Below, in pieces: positions 48,472 through 57,300 of a stretch of 64,000 nucleotides of DNA. The notes below the pieces were generated by a model. The model searched no databases, was not told the DNA's origin, and saw nothing but the letters and a program-made list of their open reading frames with translations. This DNA comes from Acetobacteraceae bacterium (GTDB lineage: Bacteria; Pseudomonadota; Alphaproteobacteria; Zavarziniales; Zavarziniaceae). The stretch covers positions 11,724 to 75,723 of the forward strand of contig CANCOY010000001.1 in assembly GCA_947379865.1 (NCBI GenBank), read 5' to 3'. A program made the position numbers and the translations under genes. Each line of letters opens with the position of its first letter. Positions within the stretch are counted from its first letter, which is position 1.

Positions 48472-49350
48472 TCAGGCAAGGCCGGCCTGGCGGCGGGCGG
48501 CCGTCAGGGTGTTCTGCAACAGGCAGGCGATGGTCATGGGGCCAACGCCGCCCGGCACCGGCGTGATGGCGCCAGCCACCTTCACCGCCGAGGCGAAATC
48601 GACGTCGCCCACAAGGCGCGTCTTGCCCTCGCCCGCGTCAACGCGGTTGATCCCCACATCAATCACCACGGCGCCGGGGCGGATCCAGTCCCCCGGGATC
48701 ATCTGTGGCCGGCCGATGGCTGCCACCAGAATATCCGCCCTGCGGCATTCCTCGGCCAGGTCGCGGGTACGCGAATGGGCAATGGTCACCGTGGCATTGG
48801 CATGTACCAGCAATTGGGCCACCGGCCGCCCCACCAGGCTGGAGCGCCCCAGCACCAGGGCCCGCCGGCCCGAGAGATCGGCCCCCAGTTCATGTTCCAG
48901 CAGCATCATGCAGCCAAGCGGCGTGCACGGCACCAAAGCCGGCAGGCCCGCCGCCAACCGCCCGGCATTGACCACATGCAGGCCGTCCACATCCTTGTCC
49001 GGGTCGATCAGGGCGATGACCTGTTGCGCGTCCAGATGGTCTGGCAAAGGCAGCTGTACCAGAATGCCATGCACCATGGGGTCAGCATTCAGGCGGGTGA
49101 CCAGGGCATGCAGGGTGGCCGCATCAGTATCGGCGGGCAGGCGATGCTCGAACGAGGCCATGCCGGCTTCCCGGGTCTGCACCCCCTTGGAGCGCACATA
49201 GACCTGGCTGGCCGGATCTTCCCCCACCAGCACCACCGCAAGGCCGGGGACGAGGCCATGGTCCCGCGCAAGGCCCGCCACCTCCACCGCAATGCGGCCA
49301 CGCACCTCTGCGGCAAAGGCCTTGCCATCGATCAGCCGGGCATCGGTCAT
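48472..49350 (-). CDS. folD: Bifunctional methylenetetrahydrofolate dehydrogenase/cyclohydrolase
   Basis: Met 11 ([13 protein letters not shown]) preceded by [14 protein letters not shown] and PGGVGPMT motifs. Confidence 0.95.
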   Translation of the reverse strand: MTDARLIDGKAFAAEVRGRIAVEVAGLARDHGLVPGLAVVLVGEDPASQVYVRSKGVQTREAGMASFEHRLPADTDAATLHALVTRLNADPMVHGILVQLPLPDHLDAQQVIALIDPDKDVDGLHVVNAGRLAAGLPALVPCTPLGCMMLLEHELGADLSGRRALVLGRSSLVGRPVAQLLVHANATVTIAHSRTRDLAEECRRADILVAAIGRPQMIPGDWIRPGAVVIDVGINRVDAGEGKTRLVGDVDFASAVKVAGAITPVPGGVGPMTIACLLQNTLTAARRQAGLA

Positions 49351-49395
49351 GGGGGGCTCCTTAGCTGCGCCTGCCCGCACGGGGCTGCGGCTGCC

Positions 49396-49755
49396 TTAAG
49401 CCAGAGGGCGGCTTTCCGCAAGGCCGGAGGCCAGTATTGGCCCCAGTGCCACATGGATGGCGGCCAGCAGGGCCTGTGGATCGCCACCCACCAGCACCGT
49501 CTTGTGGCGGTCACGCGGGCCACCCACCAGGCTGAGGCGGCCGGGGGCAAGCCCAAGGGCCTCGGCCAGCAGGCGCAGCAGGGCCGCATTGGCGGCACCC
49601 TTTTCCGGCACGGCGCGCACCTTTACCGCCAGCGCCGGGCGGCCATCCCGGGTGGCCGAAAGGCCCTCGATCTGGTCGCGGGCGGATTTCGGCGTCAGCC
49701 GAACGGCGATGCGCACGCCATCGGCCACGGCCGTAAAGGGACTGGCGCCCTCCAA
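49396..49755 (-). CDS. yggU: DUF167 (YggU) family protein
   Basis: In frame with ORF 49396..50211. VRIAVRLTPKSARDQIEG...KGAANAALLRLLAE is typical. Start is tentative (TTG at 49755), just after the yggT stop. Confidence 0.65.
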   Translation of the reverse strand: MEGASPFTAVADGVRIAVRLTPKSARDQIEGLSATRDGRPALAVKVRAVPEKGAANAALLRLLAEALGLAPGRLSLVGGPRDRHKTVLVGGDPQALLAAIHVALGPILASGLAESRPLA

Positions 49756-49757
49756 GC

Positions 49758-50057
49758 CTAGTAGAATCCACCCAGCATGCGCGGCAGATCGGCCCGCACG
49801 AAGCCCTGGATAAAGACGAGGAGGAAGTAGAGGACGATGAACGAGAGATCGAGGCCACCAACCGACGGAATGACCGAGCGCAGGGGCCTGAGTGCCGGTT
49901 CCGTAAGGCGATAGACCGTATCGCCCACCATGCGGACGATCTGGTTCGAGGTGTTGATCACCCCAAAGGCAACCAGCCAGCTCATGATCGCCGAGGTGAT
50001 CAGGACCCAGATATAAAGGGTGATGGCAAGATCGAGGACGTTGAGGAGGGCGTACAT
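49758..50057 (-). CDS. yggT: YggT family membrane protein
   Basis: 99 aa, two TM helices. TEPALRPLRSVIPSVGGLDLSFIVL motif. Confidence 0.85.
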   Translation of the reverse strand: MYALLNVLDLAITLYIWVLITSAIMSWLVAFGVINTSNQIVRMVGDTVYRLTEPALRPLRSVIPSVGGLDLSFIVLYFLLVFIQGFVRADLPRMLGGFY

Positions 50058-50226
50058 GGGACCTCTGGGATGGGGTGTTCTCTCTTAGGGCCTTCGCCCG
50101 GCGCCGGCAAGCGGCACAACCGCCTCGGGCCTTCGCTTCAGAGTGGCGCTTGACACCCGCAAAGGCCATGGCCATTGTGCCCCCCGCAACGCGTACCGGG
50201 CCTGCCCGCACGCGCGCGATCCCCGG

Positions 50227-50302
50227 GGGGCCGTAGCTCAGTTGGTAGAGCGCCTCGTTCGCAATGAGGAGGTCAGCGGTTCGATTCCGCTCGGCTCCAC
50301 CA
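50227..50302 (+). tRNA. tRNA-Ala (anticodon CGC)
   Basis: Hand-folded cloverleaf. Acceptor GGGGCCG/CGGCTCC with the G3:U70 Ala identity pair, anticodon stem CCTCG/TGAGG, loop TTCGCAA, T-loop TTCGATT, encoded CCA. Confidence 0.9.
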
Positions 50303-50408
50303 TTCCCCCCGGGTGACGGATCAAGGGCTTGAGCCTTGGTCCCGCTGCGGTGGACATCCTTCGAAATTCAAGCTGCCACCACTTTGCCACACGCAGAGGA
50401 TGGAAATC

Positions 50409-50804
50409 TCAGCCGATCAAATCGTCATGCTTTCCAAGTCGCCACAATGGAATGGCGAGGGAAAGGCCGCCGGCCAATATCCAGACGTCGCCGATCAGGT
50501 GCCCCATGTGCTGTGGGCTCATAAGCGCGTGGTAAAGCATGACCAAGCCATGGGTGAAGCTGGATATCGCGACAAACCATAGAAAACTGGTGTGACTGAG
50601 CGGGTTCTTTATGGCGCGCGCCGCGCACAGGCCCACGGCAACATAGATACTCACGATCATCTGGTCATAGATCGCGTTATAGGGCGGCCACCGCCAGCCT
50701 GCCAACAAGTCGAAATAGACAGCGGCTGGAATTCCGAACAACCCGCCAAACGCCCAAACAATTACAGCGCTGCGCAAAGAAACTACCAGAGCATCATGCT
50801 TCAT
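50409..50804 (-). CDS. Small four-TM membrane protein, function unknown
   Basis: 131 aa, four hydrophobic segments. Lower GC than the surroundings. Confidence 0.55.
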   Translation of the reverse strand: MKHDALVVSLRSAVIVWAFGGLFGIPAAVYFDLLAGWRWPPYNAIYDQMIVSIYVAVGLCAARAIKNPLSHTSFLWFVAISSFTHGLVMLYHALMSPQHMGHLIGDVWILAGGLSLAIPLWRLGKHDDLIG

Positions 50805-50926
50805 CTGATAATCCCCACCAGAGATTTTTGAGACGCCTCAGGATCGCCGAGGACAGCTTGCCTCAAGCTAAGCTGCCACTTTTGTATCGTCCAGCATGGC
50901 CCGGCAACGACCCCTGGCCTCAGCTT

Positions 50927-50939
50927 GGGGGGGGGGGGG
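50927..50939. repeat. Homopolymeric G13 tract
   Basis: cagcttGGGGGGGGGGGGGcgc read directly. Intergenic, about 120 nt upstream of the 50804 start on the minus strand (C13 in that sense). Confidence 0.9.
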
Positions 50940-50996
50940 CGCATCTCCAGTTTCGGAGACACCCTTCGCCGATTGGCGGCGCTACCAGCAAGGTCA

Positions 50997-51028
50997 GAAA
51001 AAAGGGGGCGCCAGAAAGACGCCCCCTT
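50997..51028 (-). terminator. Intrinsic terminator of OmpA-like gene 1
   Basis: AAGGGGGCG (51002-51010) / CGCCCCCTT (51020-51028). On the minus strand it is followed by TTTTTT. Confidence 0.7.
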
Positions 51029-51051
51029 GTCCACTCCGTATCGGAAGCCGA

Positions 51052-52134
51052 TCAGGGCAGAACGATCTCCACCCGGCGGTTCTGGGGCTCGCGCACACCG
51101 TCAGCCGTCGGAACAAGGGGGGAGGCCTCGCCCTTGCCCACAACCGTGATCTGGTCGGCCGGCACGCCCAGCTGCACCAGGGCGTTTTTCACGGCGGCTC
51201 CGCGCTTCTCCGAGAGTTGCTGGTTATAGGCGGTGCTGCCCGAGCGGTCGGCATGGCCGGTCAGCTCAACCCGGGTGACGGCCAGCTGCCGGGCCGCCTT
51301 GGCCGCTTCACCGATGATGCTTGCCGCCTCGGCGGTTACGGCCGACGAATTCCAGTCGAAGAAGACAAGATAGGAGCGCGCCAGTTCCGGGGCAGGCGGG
51401 GCCGGTGGTGGCGGCGGGGCGGCAACCACCGGGATGGGGGCGGGCGGGGCGTCGCCAAACTTGTAGATCAGCGCGAGGAGAAGGGAATGATTGGACTGAT
51501 CATAACCCGAGTTGCCAAAAGCAGAATCAGAGAAAAATTTGTAGTAGTCGGCACTGTCTGCGCCTAAATAACGGTATTCTGCTGAAACGTCCCACTTATT
51601 TCCAACATCATATCGCAACCCTGCTATGGCCTGATAGGCAAAATTCAGTTTTTTGACATGGCCCGAATTTTGATAACGAAAATATACATCTACATTCGAG
51701 GCCCCAATACCAGCCCCAACATAGGGTGTAACTGATGTACCGGTCGGAATATCATAAAGTGCGCTCAGCATGGGTGTAACAGATGTCACATGACCGATGC
51801 CGGTGCTGGTACCAAAGCTGTAACTGATTTCCTGATCAAAGGAGTTGTACCGATAAACGACATCTGCCTGCAGACGGAATGAACCAAAGCTATAACCGGC
51901 AAGCGCACCGGCAGCAAAACCGGTCTTGTGCGTAAAATCATCCTGCGGATCGTAGAAGCCGCCCGTGCCATGATAGTTGCCGCTGGATCGTTCCGTAAAA
52001 TTCAGACCGCCAAGGCCACCGGCATACCATCCCGATGCTTCGTCGGAGTGTGCAACACGCGCACCCACGCCAAGTGTCATGACGATGGCAGAAGAAATGG
52101 CGGCAACCCGGGCAAGGCGTGCTGGATGAAGCAT
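51052..52134 (-). CDS. Outer-membrane beta-barrel protein with a Pro-rich linker and C-terminal OmpA/peptidoglycan-binding domain (paralogue 1)
   Basis: Met 10 (MLHPARLARVAAISSAIVMTLG...) preceded by GGGGAG. C-terminus TGHADRSGSTAYNQQLSEKRGAAV...NRRVEIVL. Confidence 0.85.
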   Translation of the reverse strand: MLHPARLARVAAISSAIVMTLGVGARVAHSDEASGWYAGGLGGLNFTERSSGNYHGTGGFYDPQDDFTHKTGFAAGALAGYSFGSFRLQADVVYRYNSFDQEISYSFGTSTGIGHVTSVTPMLSALYDIPTGTSVTPYVGAGIGASNVDVYFRYQNSGHVKKLNFAYQAIAGLRYDVGNKWDVSAEYRYLGADSADYYKFFSDSAFGNSGYDQSNHSLLLALIYKFGDAPPAPIPVVAAPPPPPAPPAPELARSYLVFFDWNSSAVTAEAASIIGEAAKAARQLAVTRVELTGHADRSGSTAYNQQLSEKRGAAVKNALVQLGVPADQITVVGKGEASPLVPTADGVREPQNRRVEIVLP

Positions 52135-52241
52135 CTTGAGCTCCCCTTCAAGACTGATCATTCTGTATAATGATTAAGTCTTTTCAGCGAGACAAGCAGC
52201 TTTGTACCTGTGGCCTTGCCAGGATTGGTGGCGTCACCAAC

Positions 52242-52268
52242 AAAAAGGGGGCGCCCAAAGACGCCCCC
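52242..52268 (-). terminator. Intrinsic terminator of OmpA-like gene 2
   Basis: GGGGGCG (52247-52253) / CGCCCCC (52262-52268). On the minus strand it is followed by a T-run. Homologous to the 50997-51028 hairpin. Confidence 0.65.
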
Positions 52269-52291
52269 GATCCTTCGCCGTGTTCAAACCT

Positions 52292-53347
52292 TCAGGGCAG
52301 GACGATTTCCACCCGGCGGTTCTGGGGTTCGCGCACACCGTCCGCCGTCGGCACAAGGGGGGAGGCCTCGCCCTTGCCCACAACCGTGATCTGGTCGACC
52401 GGTATGCCCAGCTGCACCAGGGCATTTTTCACGGCAGCGCCGCGCTTCTCCGAGAGTTGCTGGTTATAGGCGGTGCTGCCCGAACGGTCGGCATGGCCGG
52501 TCAGCTCAACCCGGGTGACGGCGAGTTGCTGAGCCGCCTTGGCCGCCTCGCCGATGATGCTTGCCGCCTCAAGGGTTACGGCCGACGAATTCCAGTCAAA
52601 GAAGACCAGATAGGAGCGGGCCAGTTCCGGCGCAGGCGGGGCCGGCGGCGGCGGCGGCGCGGCAGCCACCGGTGCGGGGGCCGCCGGGGCGTCGCCGAAC
52701 TTGTAGGTCAACCCAAAGAGGATTGTGTGATTGCCATAGCTATAGCCACGCGTTCCGTTCTGCGCGTTATCCAGATAGTTCTTCTGCTCGGTGGCGAAGT
52801 AGCGGTATTCCGCGCTGGCATCCCAATTGGCCGCAATGTCATAGCGCAGGCCCGCAATGGCCTGATAGGCATAGGCCCATCTGCCGACACGCTGGCGGGT
52901 GGCACTGGGATCATCGGTATAGCGATAGAGAACCTTGGCCATGCCAACGCCGGCACCCACATAGGGTGTCAGGCCTGCTCCAGCGGGGATGTCGTAGAGC
53001 ACGCTCGCCATGGGTGCCAGTGACGAGACACTGCCAATCTTGGTGTAAACGGTGCCGTCATAGGTCTCCACGTCAAAGCTGTTGCGCCGCTTGACCACGT
53101 CGACCTGCAGGCGGAAGGGCCCAAAGTCATAGCCCGCCAGCAGCCCGGCGGCAAAGCCGGCCTTGTGGGTGTAGTCATCCTGGCGATCGTTGATTGTACC
53201 ATGGGACGTGTCGGTGAGGTTCAGCCCACCCAGGGCACCCGCGTACCAGCCGGTGGCCTCCTCTGAACGGGCGCCACCGGCGCCCATTGCCATGACGAGG
53301 GCAGAAGAGATGGCCGCAAGCTGAACAAAGCGGAAGGGACGAGACAT
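52292..53347 (-). CDS. Outer-membrane beta-barrel / OmpA-domain protein (paralogue 2)
   Basis: Met 5 (MSRPFRFVQLAAISSALVMAMG...) preceded by GGAG. C-terminal 130 aa are nearly identical to paralogue 1. Confidence 0.85.
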   Translation of the reverse strand: MSRPFRFVQLAAISSALVMAMGAGGARSEEATGWYAGALGGLNLTDTSHGTINDRQDDYTHKAGFAAGLLAGYDFGPFRLQVDVVKRRNSFDVETYDGTVYTKIGSVSSLAPMASVLYDIPAGAGLTPYVGAGVGMAKVLYRYTDDPSATRQRVGRWAYAYQAIAGLRYDIAANWDASAEYRYFATEQKNYLDNAQNGTRGYSYGNHTILFGLTYKFGDAPAAPAPVAAAPPPPPAPPAPELARSYLVFFDWNSSAVTLEAASIIGEAAKAAQQLAVTRVELTGHADRSGSTAYNQQLSEKRGAAVKNALVQLGIPVDQITVVGKGEASPLVPTADGVREPQNRRVEIVLP

Positions 53348-53510
53348 GACAAACTCCATCCTGTAATACCTGTTCAGTAAGATGAATACCTCCCGTCAGT
53401 TGGGCAAGCGGCTTTGGCTTTGAGGCCGTGCAAACCGGGCCTTGTGTTGCCGGCGCGCCACGGCAGGCCCGGCGCGGATAGCGACCCTCGCTAAGCCGCC
53501 TTCACTCCGT

Positions 53511-54152
53511 TCAGAAACGATAGCCAAAGCCCATGCCAACCAGCGTGGGATCAAGGTCGAGGTCCGCCGTCACCGCGCCACCGTTCAGCTTGGCCGTGGT
53601 GTTGAGGAACACCTGCTTGATGTCGAGGTTCAGGAACCAGCGCTCGCTCACCGCCACATCAACGCCCGCCTGCAGGACGGTGCCAAAGTTGTTGTCGAGG
53701 CTGGCGCTCTGCAGCCCGCTTTTGGGGTTCACGTCATAAAACCAGGTGTAATTGATGCCGACTCCCATATAGGGGCTGATGCTGCCCTGGGGCAGGAAAT
53801 GGTACTGGATGGTCAGGGTGGGCGGCAGCAGGCGCGCCTCCACCACATCGGCCCCAAGCGCCGTCGAGGTCGCCATGTGCTGCGGCGAGGCGGCGATCAC
53901 CTCGAACGCGATGTTTGGCGTCAGGAAATAGCTGAGATCAACCTCAGGCGTATATTCCGTACTTACATCAAGTGAGCCGCCAAGGGGCGTCACACTGGCA
54001 TCCGCCTGGGGAATGACGCCCAGCGCACGGGCGCGCACAAGGATGCTGCCCTGCTCCTTGCCGACGCCCTCGGCCAGGGCGGGGCCTGACAGAGCAGGGG
54101 CGGCCAGGCCGGCAGCCGTGGCCATGCAAAGGGTGAGAATGCTCTTCTTCAT
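53511..54152 (-). CDS. ompW: OmpW family outer-membrane protein
   Basis: Met 59 (MKKSILTLCMATAAGLAAPALSGPALA...) of ORF 53511..54326. C-terminal ...VGMGFGYRF beta-signal. Confidence 0.85.
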   Translation of the reverse strand: MKKSILTLCMATAAGLAAPALSGPALAEGVGKEQGSILVRARALGVIPQADASVTPLGGSLDVSTEYTPEVDLSYFLTPNIAFEVIAASPQHMATSTALGADVVEARLLPPTLTIQYHFLPQGSISPYMGVGINYTWFYDVNPKSGLQSASLDNNFGTVLQAGVDVAVSERWFLNLDIKQVFLNTTAKLNGGAVTADLDLDPTLVGMGFGYRF

Positions 54153-54384
54153 GATATGCAGGCTCCGCTTGCCGGGGGCGCCCCAGACGACCGCCCGGGG
54201 GAGAGGTTGCACCTCCCATCCCGCAAAAAACTGCGCCAGATCAAGTTCGTTCCGTACCCACACCAACCCGGCCGGGGCCGTTGCCGGCGGGCAACACAGG
54301 CCACCCCGCCTGAGGCGAACGGTCATGAAAACGTTACTTGAAAAATATATGATGGCGGATGATTTGCGCAGGAACTAAAAAGAC

Positions 54385-57300
54385 ATGCCGCTTTTGGGCC
54401 TCAGTGCTGTTACACAAATGAATCGATTTTCACAGATCCTTTTTCTACTCCTGGCTTTGTGCTGCACCTTTATGCTGGCAGGCGGCGGCGCCCATGCAGC
54501 CGTTCTGGCGCCCGCCTCCGTTTCTGTCGGCACTGATCACAGCTGCGCACTGATGACGGATGGAACCGTCTTTTGCTGGGGCGACAGCGCGTTTGGGCAG
54601 GTGGGCGACGGCACGACTGACCGGCACCTGTCACCCGTGCAAATCTCAGGCCTGTCCGGGGTGAGTGCGGTTACGGCGGGCGTCCAGACGTCCTGCGCCC
54701 TGCTAAGCGACCAGACCATCACCTGCTGGGGCCGCAACGACCGCGCCCAGACCGGCAACCAGCGCCAGGACCAGGCCCTCTCCCCCGTCGCCACGCTGGA
54801 CATTACCGCGGCCACGGCCGTGTCCAGTGGCCTTGATCACACCTGCGCCCTGTTGTCGGATGCAACCGTCAAATGCTGGGGCAGCAATAGCTATGCCCAG
54901 CTCGGCAATGCCTCCAACGGCAGCTTCAGGCCTGTCAGCGTCAGCATCAGCGATCAGGATGGAGTCCGCACCCTGACGGGCGTGACGGCCATTGCCTCCG
55001 GATTCTATCATAGCTGTGCCCTGGTGCGTGGTGGAACGGTATGGTGCTGGGGCTGGAACCCCTTTGGACAGGTGGGCAACGGCACCACGAACAACGCCCA
55101 ATATGCGGTGGCGGTTTCGGGATTGTCAGGCGTCCTCGCCATCTCCGCTGGCGACTTCCACAACTGTGCCGTGCTGACGGTGGGCACCGTGAAATGCTGG
55201 GGCGCCAATTTCAACGGACAGCTTGGCTCGGTAACTTCACCTGATACAGCAAAAAGTCTCATTCCAGTCGCTGTCCCGAGCCTCTCCGGCGTAGCAGCCA
55301 TATCGGCGGGCGGGTACCAGACCTGCGCCCTGCTGACGGGCAAGACGGTTTCGTGCTGGGGCGACAATACGGTTGGGCAACTTGGCGACGGCACGACGGT
55401 TTCCAGCCTCGCGCCTGTTGCCGTCTCGGGCCTGTCAAATGTGGCACTGCTGTCGGTCAGTAACACCAGTGCCTGCGCCGTGCTGATGGATGGCACGCTG
55501 AAATGCTGGGGCGGCAACGAAAGCGGCCAGATCGGGGACGGCACGACCAAACAGCGAAGCCCTCCTGTCTACACCGTCTTTCCCCAGAGCATCAGCTGGA
55601 GCCAGACCCTGTCGGGCGGGGTGGGCGACAGTGTGGCGCTGACGGCCACAGCCTCGTCCGGCCTCAGCGTCACCTATGCGGGGACGGCGGACATCTGCAC
55701 CATCAGCGGTAGCACCCTGACCCTGGTGGCGACTGGCACCTGTATTGTTACGGCTGCGCAGGCCGGAACCTCGAATTATAGTGCAGCAGACAGCGTCAGC
55801 CTCAGCTTTGACGTCACCAAGGGCACCCAGACGATCAGCTGGAGCCAGAGCCTGTCTGGCGCCGTGGGGGGCACGGTTTCCCTCGGCGCCACGGCAACGT
55901 CGGGCCTTGCCCTAACCTATGCCAGCGATACAACGGGGGTCTGCACGGTGAGCGGCACGACCCTGAGCCTGGTCAGCGCTGGCACCTGTTCCATAACCGC
56001 CTCTCAGGCGGGGAGTGATTCCTATTTCGCCACCAGCCTTACGCGCAGCTTCACCGTTGCCAAGGGCAGCCAGAGCATTAGCTGGAGCCAGAGCCTGTCT
56101 GGCGCCGTAACGGGCTCCCTCAGCCTTGCGGCCTCCACCTCGTCTGGCCTTGCGGTCTCTTTTGCCGGGACAAGCGGGGTCTGTACAGCAAGCGGCAGCA
56201 CCCTCAGCCTTGTTGCCCAGGGTATTTGTACGGTTACAGTCACACAGGCGGGCAATGACAATTATCTGACGGCAACAAGCGTCCAGAAAACCTTCACGGT
56301 TACGGCCGCCATTGCAGTTTCGCCCTCCAGCCTGTCCTTTGCCAGCAGGCCGATCAACACCACCAGCAGTGCCCAGACCATAGCCGTCAGCAATGGCGGC
56401 GGCGCCAGTTTCCAGATCACGGGCATCACTTTAAGCGGCACTGATGCCGCGGCGTTCACCGCAAGCAATGGCTGCTCCACCGTAGCGGCAGGGGCCAGTT
56501 GCACCATCTCCCTTACCTTCAAACCCACCACCACGGGCGCGAAGGCGGCGACCCTTGCCATTGCCTCAACCGCCATCGGCACGCCCTCTGTCTCGGTCAG
56601 CCTGTCTGGCACTGGCAGTGCGGCCGCGCCGATCATCGGGTTATCTGCCAGCAGCTTTTCCTTTGGCAATCAGTTCGTGGGCACCGCAAGTGCTGGCCGC
56701 ACGCTGACCATCTCCAACGCCGGGTCGGCGTCGCTTGCCATCAGCAGCAGCGTGTTGTCGGGCACCAATGCGGCCGCCTTCACCAAGACGGGTACGTGCA
56801 CCAGCGTCGCCGCCGGCGCCTCTTGTGCGCTGACCCTGGCCTTTGCACCCAGCGCCACCGGTGCGGCCAGTGCGACACTCACCATCAATTCCAATGCGTC
56901 TGGCAGTGCCGCCACCACGGTTGCCCTCACGGGCGCGGGGATCGTCACGACGCTTTCGTCGCTGGCGGGTACCATCGATGGGCCGGGCTTTGCCAATGGC
57001 ACGGGCAGCGCTGCCCGCTTCAACATGCCAAGCGGGATCGCGCTTGATGCGTCTGGCAATCTCTATGTTACGGATACGGACAACAATCTGGTTCGCAAGG
57101 TGACCACCGCCGGCGTCGTCACCACCCTGGCGGGGCAGGTGCGCACGCCGGGGGCCACCAACGCCACCGGCACCTCTGCTTTGTTCAAGGCACCCACCGG
57201 CATTGCCATCACCAGCAGCAATCTGCTTGTGGCAGACAGCGGCAATCACATGATCCGCAAGCTGACCACCGCAGGCGTTGCCACCACCCTTGCCGGCACG

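Noticed and set aside
50303-50408. Integrase gene or att site expected next to tRNA-Ala
   Set aside because: No integrase- or recombinase-like ORF occurs anywhere in 50.3-64 kb, and no duplicate of the tRNA 3' end was spotted by eye. The region is therefore reported only as a compositionally atypical locus, not as a mobile element.
50801-51034. 77-aa minus-strand ORF spanning the G13 tract
   Set aside because: It reads through the homopolymer as PPPP and through the terminator hairpin, and has no ribosome-binding site. The region is more plausibly non-coding.
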